Part shown: one piece after another, positions 1 through 8,386 of the stretch
Layout of the letters: each line of letters begins with the position of its first letter
How positions within the stretch are numbered: position 1 is the stretch's first letter
Virus record (IMG/VR): IMGVR_UViG_3300027811_000003
Span: 49,290-113,289 of that record
Length of the DNA stretch: 64,000 nucleotides
Source: a virus
Direction: 5' to 3' (one strand)
The notes under the pieces: generated by a model
What the model was told of the DNA's origin: nothing
The model's database searches: none
The model's input: only the letters and a program-made list of their open reading frames with translations
Position numbers and translations under genes: made by a program

Positions 1-242
1 GCATAAATTTCGCATGTCTTTCGATGAATTTTTAGATCTGGATTCGTGCCAGCGAACCCAAAGAATTCAGAGCCGCATCTGCAAACGTGTTGATTTATAC
101 AACTTTCGTAATGCGTTCGCTCATTTCTGATAGAACATCCACACCATCTGCAAGAGACGCTACTTCTAGATCTCTTGCCATTATCTCTGAGATCGGAAGC
201 ATTTCTCCCGTCGTCGTTCTGAATTTGTGGTTCGGTGTGCAT
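1..242 (-). CDS. Cys/His-rich (zinc-finger-like) ORF overlapping the 3' end of dnaE-N, runs off the window; possible homing endonuclease
   Basis: My translation of a different minus frame: ATG at 242 preceded by GGGAG (9-nt spacer), MHTEPQ...SVSCRWCGCSIRNERTHYESCINQHVCRCGSEFF...HRKTCEIY, open to the window edge; absent from the ORF track because it has no stop. Confidence 0.55.
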   Translation of the reverse strand, partial: MHTEPQIQNDDGRNASDLRDNGKRSRSSVSCRWCGCSIRNERTHYESCINQHVCRCGSEFFGFAGTNPDLKIHRKTCEIY

Positions 243-445
243 CTTACTACGCTCCCGTCGTCAAACGTAAATTCTATAAGCTCGAGTTCACCATGATCAT
301 GCAAAGCTGTCACAGGCTCGAGGAAGATCTTACCACTGAATTCGTCGCGGGAAAATAGGAGATCACCAGGTTTGATATCTTTTATTTCTTTCCGTGCAAC
401 TATTTCATTTTCAAAAACGTTAATGGTTTCATTGGCTTGCAAACT
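95..445 (-). mobile_element. Split intein N-fragment (116 aa, Ser1)
   Basis: After YGFNK: SLQANETI (block A), IKDIKPGD, FDDGSVVRCTPNHKF (block B TxxH); TAA stop with no block F/G or HN terminus. Confidence 0.85.
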
Positions 446-2923
446 TTTATTAAAACCGTACGACCCCCATCCGAGGAGATTTTTCCAAAGCTTGTCTGCT
501 TTGCTTTTTTCAAGTCCATTCTCTTCACATCCGCTCAAGAATATTGCCGTAAGTCTATCACGTTCAGATTTTACGAACTCTGGCGTTTTGCTCTTGTCCT
601 TCTTGAGGAGAATTTTCCGTACGGCGTTCACGTCTTTCCAGCTCATTTTGCCAAGAACGTTACAAATCTTCATAAGTTGTTCCTGAAAAATAAGACAAGA
701 TCTCGTTGGTTTCAAGATCTCTTCGAGCAACGGATGATCATACGTTATGTCTTCGGGATGATGTTTGTTGTGAGCGTACAGCTTGTCAAATCCGCCCGAA
801 AGAGGCCCTGGACGATATATCGAACAAATCGCAGACACGTCAACAAACGTGTCAGGCTCTACTTGTTTCGCCAGTCTGCGAATTCCAGAATTCGTGAATT
901 GAAATATCCCAGCAAAATTGCCATCGTGGAAAACATGCTTCAAAACTTTCTGATCGTTCAAATCCATGTTTTTAGAGCGAATCGTCTCTCTAAGCTCAGC
1001 AAAAGTCTTGCCAGTGTTTTTCGCGATCAGGTCCAAACAAAAGTGAATGATCTTCAAAGTCGCGATCGACAGAACGTCAATTTTACAGAATCCCATAGAC
1101 GAAACGTTTTTGTTGACGATGCCCTCAGTGAACGCAGCCTGCGTGATGTATTGACCGTAAGTCGGGCTGTCCTTCTTAGTGTCCTTCACTCTGAGCAACG
1201 CAGTTTCTGCGGGAAGGTTGTCGCCAACGATAGTTCCAGCAGCGTGCCTTCCCATCTGTCTTATACGTCCGTACAGCGACGGGAAGTGCGTCATCATCTC
1301 AGGTCTGTCTGAAACGAGTTTGTTGAACGTGGGACTCACTCTCTTGATATCGTCGAGAGTGATCACGAGAGTGCTCTTGTCGTTGTCGATATAGAGAACT
1401 TTCAACTCTTTCTCTATTTTTCTGTTCAAGAGATTTATCTCGTTGTGATCGACGTCGTAGATGCGTCCAAGATCTTTCAGCAGACCCTTGACTTGAAACG
1501 TGCCGTACGTCGACAGACACGCGACGTTGTCTTCGCCGTACATCTTTCGAAGCAACTCTTTCGTCTCGTTCACGTCTTCGAAGTCTACATCGATGTCTGG
1601 AAGTTCTGAGCGATTTGGATCGAGGAATCTCTCGAACATCAGATCATATTTGATCGAGTCCAAGTCTGTTATACCGAGGCAATAGCAAGCGAGAGACCCG
1701 CAGCTCGAGCCTCGCCCTTCGCCCACGAGCATTGTCTTCTTCGCTTCTTCTATGATTCGCTGAACCATCAAGAAGTAATTCTGAAATCCCTTGTCCTTGA
1801 TCACTTTGAGTTCACTGAGTAACCTCGCCTTGTACTTCTCGTCATGGGCAAGTCCAAGCTTCTTGAGTCCGTCTATCGACCTCTTCATGAGCTCCATCAC
1901 TGGATCTTCGTATGGAAGAGACGGCAGTCGTTGATGAGTGTCTGGTTCAAAATTCTCCACCAACGAATCGATCAACAACGTGTTTTCCATCGCTTCAATA
2001 GCAACCTTCGGCTCTAGCGTTCCGCCAAATTTCAAGAACGATTGCCACATCTCTTCTGGAGACTTGATGTACAGTTGTCTGACTCTGAAGTCCCAGTCAG
2101 GGCCTCGAGTGGCCAACGTGACCTTCTTTCGTAGCATGTACAAGATCTCTTGTGCTTGCCACTCCTCAGGCTTCGTGTAATGACTGTCAGTCGTCACAGT
2201 TAAAGGAATTCCCGTGACATCGTGAACTTTGACTAGCCAGTCGTTCAACACTCGTTGGTCGTCTGCTTCGTTGAGTTGCAGCTCCAAGAAGAACCTTCCC
2301 TTGCCGAAGATCCTCTCAAAGTCTTGCGCCTGTGCGACGACGTCTTGAAACGTTCCATTCCCTGAAATCATGTCCCAAACCTTGAGAGCTATGATCCCAC
2401 CCATGCACGCAGAAGTAGCGATCAGTCCCTTCGAATGCTCTGACAGCATCTTCTTGTCCATACGAGGCTTAGAATAGAAGCCGTACTTGTACGACTTGTA
2501 AACGAGTTGGTTGAGATTCGCGAGTCCTTCCAAACTAGACGCGAGAATGACCATATGACCTTTGCGATACAAGCTCTTAGCATCAGACTTCACTTTAGAG
2601 TTAGTGTCACGATCAGCGTCGTCGTCGCTTCCTTCTCCGTCATCATCTTCGTCGTTTGTCTTGTTCTTCGCTCGCTCTTTCGCTATCCTCCACTCGTCAA
2701 GCGAATCGATGACATAAGCCTCCACGCCGAAAATCGTCCTGACTCCGTGCTTCTTGCCAAACAGAAAAAAGTCCGCGTGACACGAATTGCCGCCGTGGTC
2801 AGTTATCGCGATAGAACGAAGACCCTTGGCCTTCGCCGTCTTGATCATCTCTTCTGGCATAGCTAGAGAGTCTGCTATGGAAAATTGCGAATGGTTGTGC
2901 AGACTCGCGAAATCTTTTATCAA
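95..2923 (-). CDS. dnaE: DNA polymerase III alpha subunit, N-terminal half fused to a split-intein N fragment
   Basis: PHP motifs (LHNHSQFS, ITDHG), GRGS, RSELPDIDVDF catalytic motif, GRHAAG, GIFQF, YRPGPL, FQEQLM, YGFNK followed by an intein. Confidence 0.95.
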   Translation of the reverse strand: MIKDFASLHNHSQFSIADSLAMPEEMIKTAKAKGLRSIAITDHGGNSCHADFFLFGKKHGVRTIFGVEAYVIDSLDEWRIAKERAKNKTNDEDDDGEGSDDDADRDTNSKVKSDAKSLYRKGHMVILASSLEGLANLNQLVYKSYKYGFYSKPRMDKKMLSEHSKGLIATSACMGGIIALKVWDMISGNGTFQDVVAQAQDFERIFGKGRFFLELQLNEADDQRVLNDWLVKVHDVTGIPLTVTTDSHYTKPEEWQAQEILYMLRKKVTLATRGPDWDFRVRQLYIKSPEEMWQSFLKFGGTLEPKVAIEAMENTLLIDSLVENFEPDTHQRLPSLPYEDPVMELMKRSIDGLKKLGLAHDEKYKARLLSELKVIKDKGFQNYFLMVQRIIEEAKKTMLVGEGRGSSCGSLACYCLGITDLDSIKYDLMFERFLDPNRSELPDIDVDFEDVNETKELLRKMYGEDNVACLSTYGTFQVKGLLKDLGRIYDVDHNEINLLNRKIEKELKVLYIDNDKSTLVITLDDIKRVSPTFNKLVSDRPEMMTHFPSLYGRIRQMGRHAAGTIVGDNLPAETALLRVKDTKKDSPTYGQYITQAAFTEGIVNKNVSSMGFCKIDVLSIATLKIIHFCLDLIAKNTGKTFAELRETIRSKNMDLNDQKVLKHVFHDGNFAGIFQFTNSGIRRLAKQVEPDTFVDVSAICSIYRPGPLSGGFDKLYAHNKHHPEDITYDHPLLEEILKPTRSCLIFQEQLMKICNVLGKMSWKDVNAVRKILLKKDKSKTPEFVKSERDRLTAIFLSGCEENGLEKSKADKLWKNLLGWGSYGFNKSLQANETINVFENEIVARKEIKDIKPGDLLFSRDEFSGKIFLEPVTALHDHGELELIEFTFDDGSVVRCTPNHKFRTTTGEMLPISEIMARDLEVASLADGVDVLSEMSERITKVV

Positions 2924-3825
2924 GTAGTTTTTCCGATCAATCGCAATTTGAACATCGTCGCAGTCGCGTTTCCAATAGCCTTTCGATTAGACTTCGTATC
3001 TTCAACCTCGCCAGCTCCCTCGCGTAACACATCTTCCATCATTGCATCGATGAGCTCAGGGATGTCAGACGGACTCAAATCTCTCTGCAACTTTCCCTTG
3101 AGATGATCTACAACGTGATGAAGTCTCATCAATGTCACGAACTCGTCAGCCACAGCTTTCGCAGACGCCAGAACAAGTGCCTTGTCGCCATTCGACTCGG
3201 TGTCTTTTTTAGACTTTCGTTCGCTGAAGTCATCGCGCTTGTGCTTCGCTATGATCCTGCTTCCGTTTGGATAGTTCAACTCGATAACGGGACGAATCAC
3301 GATTCCTTCTGCTGGCTTGAACGTGTAATCAGTGATATCACCGTCACGTTGAGCGTTGAGAATTCCGATCCTGGACGGTAAATCGCGTTCGCAATCGAGA
3401 GATTCCTGAGTGCATTCAACGAGGTTGAACGCGACAAAGTCCAGTCCCAGACCTTCGACCAATCTCTTCGCGTGTTCTACCTGCAGCCAGTGATCGTTTA
3501 TCATGACGTCGAACGCTACGAAGCGAGCTTTCTTGCCGTAAGTCTCAGACATACCTTGCATCTTGCCGCCGTATGCTTCTCCGTAAACTGTGACCTTCGC
3601 TGGAGACTCTGGAAATGCTTCGTTGAATCGTCTAGCGAGATCTTCTTGATCGAAAACCTTGACGAACGTCTCGTATCTTTCGCCGCCAGAAAAGAACTTG
3701 ATGCTCCCAGACTCAAAACTGACGTGTGCGCTTGTTCCGTGTACTTTCTCCAACGCATAAACTCTCTTGAACAAGTCAAGAATCGAATGGTCTTTAGACA
3801 GATTTGAAATGTGCAAGTAGCCCAT
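2920..3825 (-). CDS. RNA ligase, Rnl2 family
   Basis: Nucleotidyltransferase motifs EKVHGT (I), GEAYGG (III), FDV (IIIa), EGIVIRP (IV), AKHK (V). Confidence 0.85.
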   Translation of the reverse strand: MGYLHISNLSKDHSILDLFKRVYALEKVHGTSAHVSFESGSIKFFSGGERYETFVKVFDQEDLARRFNEAFPESPAKVTVYGEAYGGKMQGMSETYGKKARFVAFDVMINDHWLQVEHAKRLVEGLGLDFVAFNLVECTQESLDCERDLPSRIGILNAQRDGDITDYTFKPAEGIVIRPVIELNYPNGSRIIAKHKRDDFSERKSKKDTESNGDKALVLASAKAVADEFVTLMRLHHVVDHLKGKLQRDLSPSDIPELIDAMMEDVLREGAGEVEDTKSNRKAIGNATATMFKLRLIGKTT

Positions 3826-3838
3826 GTTAGTCTCCTCC

Positions 3839-4012
3839 TTAAGACAATTTTCTGACGTACGTCGCCTTCGCCTTGTTTCCTTTTCTGTCGTAAGACTTGA
3901 AAACGTATCCCTCAGGAGACATGTTGATTACTAAAAGAGCGATGCTCGTGTACGGATCTACGTCGAATGTCAAAATTTTCTCATCAGGATTTTTCTTTTG
4001 CTTTTTGCTCAT
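3839..4012 (-). CDS. Small hypothetical protein (likely start MSKKQKK at 4012)
   Basis: ATGA overlap with the upstream gene stop; fills the gap. Confidence 0.5.
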   Translation of the reverse strand: MSKKQKKNPDEKILTFDVDPYTSIALLVINMSPEGYVFKSYDRKGNKAKATYVRKLS

Positions 4013-4587
4013 GTCGTCTTTCTCTTCAACCACGCGATGAACGATCTGTTCGTCGGCTTCGGACCGTTGACTTTGTAAACGACCTTGTCGATTATAACAC
4101 AACATTTCTCTAAATCATACGCGCCGTCGAAAGCAGCTCTCTCTTCTTGAACATGATATCTCATCACGTCGCCGTCGTTTAACGCGAGTTCAGATCCGTT
4201 TGGACCGCAACGCCAACCCTCGATCATGTCAGCTATCCACGCGTTCTCGCACGCTGAAAAAACGTTCTTCAACCAAAGAGCGGGATCTTTCGCGCACATG
4301 AACACAGCGTTCGCCCAATACAGATCGAACTTCTTCTCCGTCAAAGGAACGTTATCTAGATTCCATTGATTCTTGTCGAACGACTCAATGTTCGCAGAAG
4401 GAAACATCGTCTTCAATATATCGAGTTCAACGTTAGTCGGCGAAGACGCCGCTATATTTTTTATGTCTCCTATGCTGTGTGCCCAGACAGGCAACGTCCT
4501 CATCATGACGTCAGCGTCTATTTGTCTCACGTTTTTCTCCTTTGTACCCCCGGCACGATTCGAACATGCGATTTTGATCCAATTCAC
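4009..4587 (-). CDS. Hypothetical protein, possibly class I SAM methyltransferase-like
   Basis: KFDLYWANAVFMCAKDPALWLKNVF resembles the MTase FD-x-I...H...D segment; no clear GxGxG motif. Confidence 0.35.
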   Translation of the reverse strand: MNWIKIACSNRAGGTKEKNVRQIDADVMMRTLPVWAHSIGDIKNIAASSPTNVELDILKTMFPSANIESFDKNQWNLDNVPLTEKKFDLYWANAVFMCAKDPALWLKNVFSACENAWIADMIEGWRCGPNGSELALNDGDVMRYHVQEERAAFDGAYDLEKCCVIIDKVVYKVNGPKPTNRSFIAWLKRKTT

Positions 4588-4653
4588 CTCGTGTTTCGCT
4601 CAGCTCTAGATCCAAGCTAACCGTCAGTGTTCAGGGGCAAAAACTTCAGTTAT

Positions 4654-4956
4654 TCAATAAATCGTGCACTTAAAGAAACCATGAGAATGATCTGCGTGAA
4701 CGCAACTATCTGGATGCTGGCACGCGTCAAGAGTATTATACCCCAGACACTGATGCGTCAGCGACTCTCTAACAAAGGCACACTCAGTGTGTACGCTTCC
4801 GTGCCCAAGATTTTCAATGACCTGATAGCAACCAGTCGTGTGCTGCTTGACTTTGATGTACTGCTTGTCAAGCATCGCTCTGAGAACAGCTTCCTCTTCG
4901 CTCTCAGCTTCTACTTCTTGAAACTCTCCACGCATTTCAACGATATACTTTTTCAT
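4654..4956 (-). CDS. Hypothetical protein with Cys/His-rich C-terminus (likely start MKKYIV)
   Basis: ATGA overlap with the DUF550 gene stop. Confidence 0.45.
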   Translation of the reverse strand: MKKYIVEMRGEFQEVEAESEEEAVLRAMLDKQYIKVKQHTTGCYQVIENLGHGSVHTECAFVRESLTHQCLGYNTLDACQHPDSCVHADHSHGFFKCTIY

Positions 4957-5282
4957 TCGTTTTCCTTCACTTGTCTGATGTGCTCTATCGGTTCTCCAAG
5001 CTTCGCTTTTCTCCAGTCTGGCCAAAGTCGAAGCTCGTTCTTTATCTGCTTCTTTCTGAGCATGTCTGCGATCTGTTCTGCCGTGTGACCGCTCCTCCAG
5101 GCGCCGTCAAGAGCGAGTATCACGACGTCGATCCACTCTTCTAAATCAAGCGTGTTTTCTTCTATTTCATCCAATTCCTTCTTAATATGAGCGATGATTC
5201 CAGCTGCGCGTTCACCTGGTCCAAACGTGCTTTCTGAAAACTTTCGCTGTCGTTCCAAGTGCTCAACGAGATCGAACGTCAT
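4953..5282 (-). CDS. DUF550-like dATP/dGTP pyrophosphohydrolase (MazG-like)
   Basis: HLERQRKFSESTFGP...GIIAHIKKELDEIE...EEWIDVVILALDGAWR...KNELRLWPDWR family pattern. Confidence 0.85.
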   Translation of the reverse strand: MTFDLVEHLERQRKFSESTFGPGERAAGIIAHIKKELDEIEENTLDLEEWIDVVILALDGAWRSGHTAEQIADMLRKKQIKNELRLWPDWRKAKLGEPIEHIRQVKENE

Positions 5283-5512
5283 TTATAAGCTCCGTCGCTT
5301 GGAAGACATGTTCCGACGACATTACCGCGTTGCTTCACGACGTTCTTGCTCTTCAATTTCCTATTCGCAGATTTCTTGCTGTTCTTGAAACCCTTCAAAT
5401 ACCCGTTAGCGTACGTTACAGCTAACGAATCAAATTTATGCGCTTCAAAATTTAATCTTTTTGCTATAGACAGTCCTCTGCACCAAATTTCCCAATCACT
5501 TTTAGTTTTCAT
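5279..5512 (-). CDS. Small basic hypothetical protein
   Basis: Likely start MKTKS by ATGA overlap; resembles the neighbouring gene. Confidence 0.5.
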   Translation of the reverse strand: MKTKSDWEIWCRGLSIAKRLNFEAHKFDSLAVTYANGYLKGFKNSKKSANRKLKSKNVVKQRGNVVGTCLPSDGAYK

Positions 5513-5763
5513 TTCGTCACAGTCTTTGTCCTTGTATACGCGCAGAAGTCGCATTCACAACCTTCGAGGATCACACTAACATCTTGTTTAACGACTTTAT
5601 TCTTTCTAGCCATCGATCGCTTGACTGCAATCTTTCCCGCGATAAAGCCGTAAGCATACGCATAAGCGTAAGTCAGGCCGCATCCGCGCTTCATTTCTCT
5701 CGCCACGATCTTGTCAAATTCTTCGTAAAACTTTGATTTCCTTTTCACGTCTTTTCCTTTCAA
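5509..5763 (-). CDS. Small basic hypothetical protein
   Basis: Tightly packed in the operon. Confidence 0.5.
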   Translation of the reverse strand: MKGKDVKRKSKFYEEFDKIVAREMKRGCGLTYAYAYAYGFIAGKIAVKRSMARKNKVVKQDVSVILEGCECDFCAYTRTKTVTK

Positions 5764-6110
5764 AAGTCATCGTTAATGTCGTTCAACTCGCGAGCGACTT
5801 CCTGCAGCGACTCTATTTCGTTCTTGACGCAGTTCAACGTCTTCAAAACATTCAACTTCCATCTAGTTTCATCGACAAGTTCACTCGTAAGCACGATCTC
5901 TCTGTGACAACTGTCGTTGACGAACATTCTGCCAAACGCTCTCAAGCTTCCTGCGTTTCTATTTGTGTCAACATCTTCGAAGTAAAGCTTCGTGTCGCTA
6001 ACTTCGTCGACGATGAACAAACGAACAAACCCAATCGGATTGTTTGAGTTCATCTCGTTGAACACCATCATTTTCGTTATGTCGTTTTCGTTCATTCTGT
6101 CAGTACTCAT
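5760..6110 (-). CDS. Hypothetical protein
   Basis: Tightly packed ORF. Confidence 0.55.
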   Translation of the reverse strand: MSTDRMNENDITKMMVFNEMNSNNPIGFVRLFIVDEVSDTKLYFEDVDTNRNAGSLRAFGRMFVNDSCHREIVLTSELVDETRWKLNVLKTLNCVKNEIESLQEVARELNDINDDF

Positions 6111-6528
6111 TCAATATCGAATGATCAACTTCCATCAACGTCCACTTCAGCGCATTGATCAAAATGTCGATTTCGATCGGCGGATCAAACACGTAGCCTA
6201 TTCTCTTCTCTCTCAAACGTTCGATTTCCTTCAAGATCGCTTCACGAGAACGCATTCTTTCTTTCTTCTTTCCCTGCGACTTGAACTTGCGTTCGCATGC
6301 GTCACAAGGATTGCCATCGTTGCAACACGGCTCACGTGTTCCTTTGTACTTGTCAGCGTTAGAACAACGTTTGATCTTGACGGGTTTGCACGAATGATCT
6401 TTGCAATAGCAATTGTCTGGACAAGGACAGACATTTGGCATCTCGTTAGCGTGTTCGCAGTACATCGCGCTAAGCTTCTTCATGTTCGCTTCCTTCCGTG
6501 AACAACTCCACGTCGTTCTTGATCTCAT
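6100..6528 (-). CDS. Cys-rich hypothetical protein (true start probably MKKLSAM near 6483)
   Basis: CPCPDNCYC, CC, CDAC clusters. Confidence 0.5.
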   Translation of the reverse strand: MRSRTTWSCSRKEANMKKLSAMYCEHANEMPNVCPCPDNCYCKDHSCKPVKIKRCSNADKYKGTREPCCNDGNPCDACERKFKSQGKKKERMRSREAILKEIERLREKRIGYVFDPPIEIDILINALKWTLMEVDHSILNEY

Positions 6529-7060
6529 TTCCCCAACAATCCCAGCCGGGAACGTTCTTCCTGGCGAACAGTTCCACGAACGGTCCGTGTCCGATCAGTT
6601 CAACTCTTCGTCTCATCTCCTCTGGCTTCTCTGAATGGGCACCTCGAGGAGCTTCGACGACTGATCTGACTTGAACTCTCTTGCCGAGATCATCGAGCTT
6701 GTAACCCGGCGACCCTCTGACGCCGAACAAGCAAATCTCGTGGTCTCCTCGAATATACTGTCCGATCCCGTATCCAGTCGTCTTGCGCCACACGAGGTTG
6801 TTGACGTAACGAAAATTCCACGCTGTCATCACGTTTAGTCCTTCAGCGAGGAATCCGTTCACCACCCACAGAAACAAGCATGAATCGTCCTTTGCTATGC
6901 TCGCCACTGGAAGAGCTGTTATGTCATTGACGCTCATCAAAGAATAGTGAGCTGACGGCGAAACTGTCTTGCTCCACCCGCTCTTCCCGTTCTTTCCGCC
7001 AGACACGGGCCATGGAGGATCCACGTAGAGTGTTCCGTACCTCTTAGTTTCAATATCCAC
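6470..7060 (-). CDS. MT-A70 family N6-adenine methyltransferase
   Basis: YVDPPW, HYSLMS, LFLWV, HEICLFG, HSEKP, ELFAR, GWDCWGNE. Confidence 0.9.
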   Translation of the reverse strand: MDIETKRYGTLYVDPPWPVSGGKNGKSGWSKTVSPSAHYSLMSVNDITALPVASIAKDDSCLFLWVVNGFLAEGLNVMTAWNFRYVNNLVWRKTTGYGIGQYIRGDHEICLFGVRGSPGYKLDDLGKRVQVRSVVEAPRGAHSEKPEEMRRRVELIGHGPFVELFARKNVPGWDCWGNEIKNDVELFTEGSEHEEA

Positions 7061-7415
7061 TCTTCAACCTTTCGAAAACGATCTTGTTCTTCTTGCAGTA
7101 TTCTTCATAAAGTTGTTCTGCATCGATTCCAGACAAGATACAAAGTTCGACGAAATACGCGAACGCATCTCCGATCTCTTCTTTGTAATGATCAATGTCA
7201 AGAGCAGTGTCGTCTGTTGACCGATGAATCTTATTTCGTAAAGTGAAGCTCGCCTCACAAAGTTCTTCTATCACGTTGAACACAGTTTCCTTCGCGAGAC
7301 GTTGTCCAAACTTTGTCTGCAAAGGAACTGGAAATTCAGGTAGCTTGTCATCTGCAACGAGCTCATTCATGAAACATTTCTGCTTGAAGAACATGTCTTC
7401 TAACTTGTCTGTCAC
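7050..7415 (-). CDS. All-alpha (dimeric dUTPase/dCTPase/MazG-like) NTP pyrophosphatase
   Basis: EELCE...KEEIGD acidic motifs and C-terminal KNKIVFERLKSGY; GTG start overlaps the upstream stop. Confidence 0.75.
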   Translation of the reverse strand: MTDKLEDMFFKQKCFMNELVADDKLPEFPVPLQTKFGQRLAKETVFNVIEELCEASFTLRNKIHRSTDDTALDIDHYKEEIGDAFAYFVELCILSGIDAEQLYEEYCKKNKIVFERLKSGY

Positions 7416-8386
7416 TTTTTCTTCTCCTCTTTGTCTCTCTTGCTTCTGTGATCGTTGAGCTGCTTGATTATCCATTTGGCTGCCCCCTTGAAGTTCATCG
7501 ATGTCGTGTGGTGAACCAAACCCTCACGGAGGCCTGATTCTATATCTAGCAAGTCTCTGATATCCCAGGCGTCGCTGAGAGGTTGCATCGTTCCCGTTGA
7601 ACAATGGCCCTCAAAAGAACTATCCAATTCTTCAACGACTTTCTTAGCTGTCTTCCAATCTCGTTCGTACAGATGCATCGACCCAGCCGAATGATGATAT
7701 TCGCCGAGCTTAAGATTTATCATGCCGCTTAGCTGAAGAGTCTTGAGCATCATTTCCTGTAAGAGAGTGAAACTGAAAACATCGTAAGGCAGCCCCCACC
7801 ACACGTCGTTTGAACGCATAGTAACATGCAAATGAAGTTTGCTTTTTCTTATGAAGAATTGCAAAGACAAAGTGCAAGGGACGTCTTTCGATTGTCGTAA
7901 CGACGCGTAAACGACATCTTTAGGCTGATTGATTGTGATCACGGCTCTACGTGAATCGTTGTCGTCAAGAAGCGTGTTCGTCACAGCGTCCCATTGCGTG
8001 ACAGGATTCGATATTCCTTCGCTTGGATGATAAAAATTTTCAGTTAGCATCCTGTGACCGTAAGCTGAATTGAGTGTCTCTCCGTCGTCTGAGAAATCCT
8101 TCATGCGTTTGTTGTAGTACAACATCGTTTCCAAATCGTTTCTACCTGCAGCATACCACAGAAATTCTCCACAAGCGAATCCGTAGTTCACTTTGCGTAC
8201 TTTAGAAGTTACAAGTCTAGCTCGAGGATTTGACAACGTGATGTCGAAGAACAGATTCTCCTTTATTTTCATGTCACGAGGGCTGCACGTAAATTCGCTG
8301 TGCTTAAGAAGCTCACGCAACACGTCATGATACACTTCGTTCATCGTGTCGCAAACAAGATTAGTTCCCAAACATTCAAATGCCAT
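7412..8386 (-). CDS. Thymidylate-synthase-family enzyme, dCMP (hydroxy)methylase-type
   Basis: DSRRA, DVPCT catalytic Cys, MRSNDVWWGLPYD, GSMHLY. Confidence 0.85.
   Translation of the reverse strand: MAFECLGTNLVCDTMNEVYHDVLRELLKHSEFTCSPRDMKIKENLFFDITLSNPRARLVTSKVRKVNYGFACGEFLWYAAGRNDLETMLYYNKRMKDFSDDGETLNSAYGHRMLTENFYHPSEGISNPVTQWDAVTNTLLDDNDSRRAVITINQPKDVVYASLRQSKDVPCTLSLQFFIRKSKLHLHVTMRSNDVWWGLPYDVFSFTLLQEMMLKTLQLSGMINLKLGEYHHSAGSMHLYERDWKTAKKVVEELDSSFEGHCSTGTMQPLSDAWDIRDLLDIESGLREGLVHHTTSMNFKGAAKWIIKQLNDHRSKRDKEEKKK

Noticed and set aside
7412-8386. Plain thyA annotation
   Set aside because: Asp at the nucleotide-specificity position argues against dUMP specificity, so no symbol was assigned
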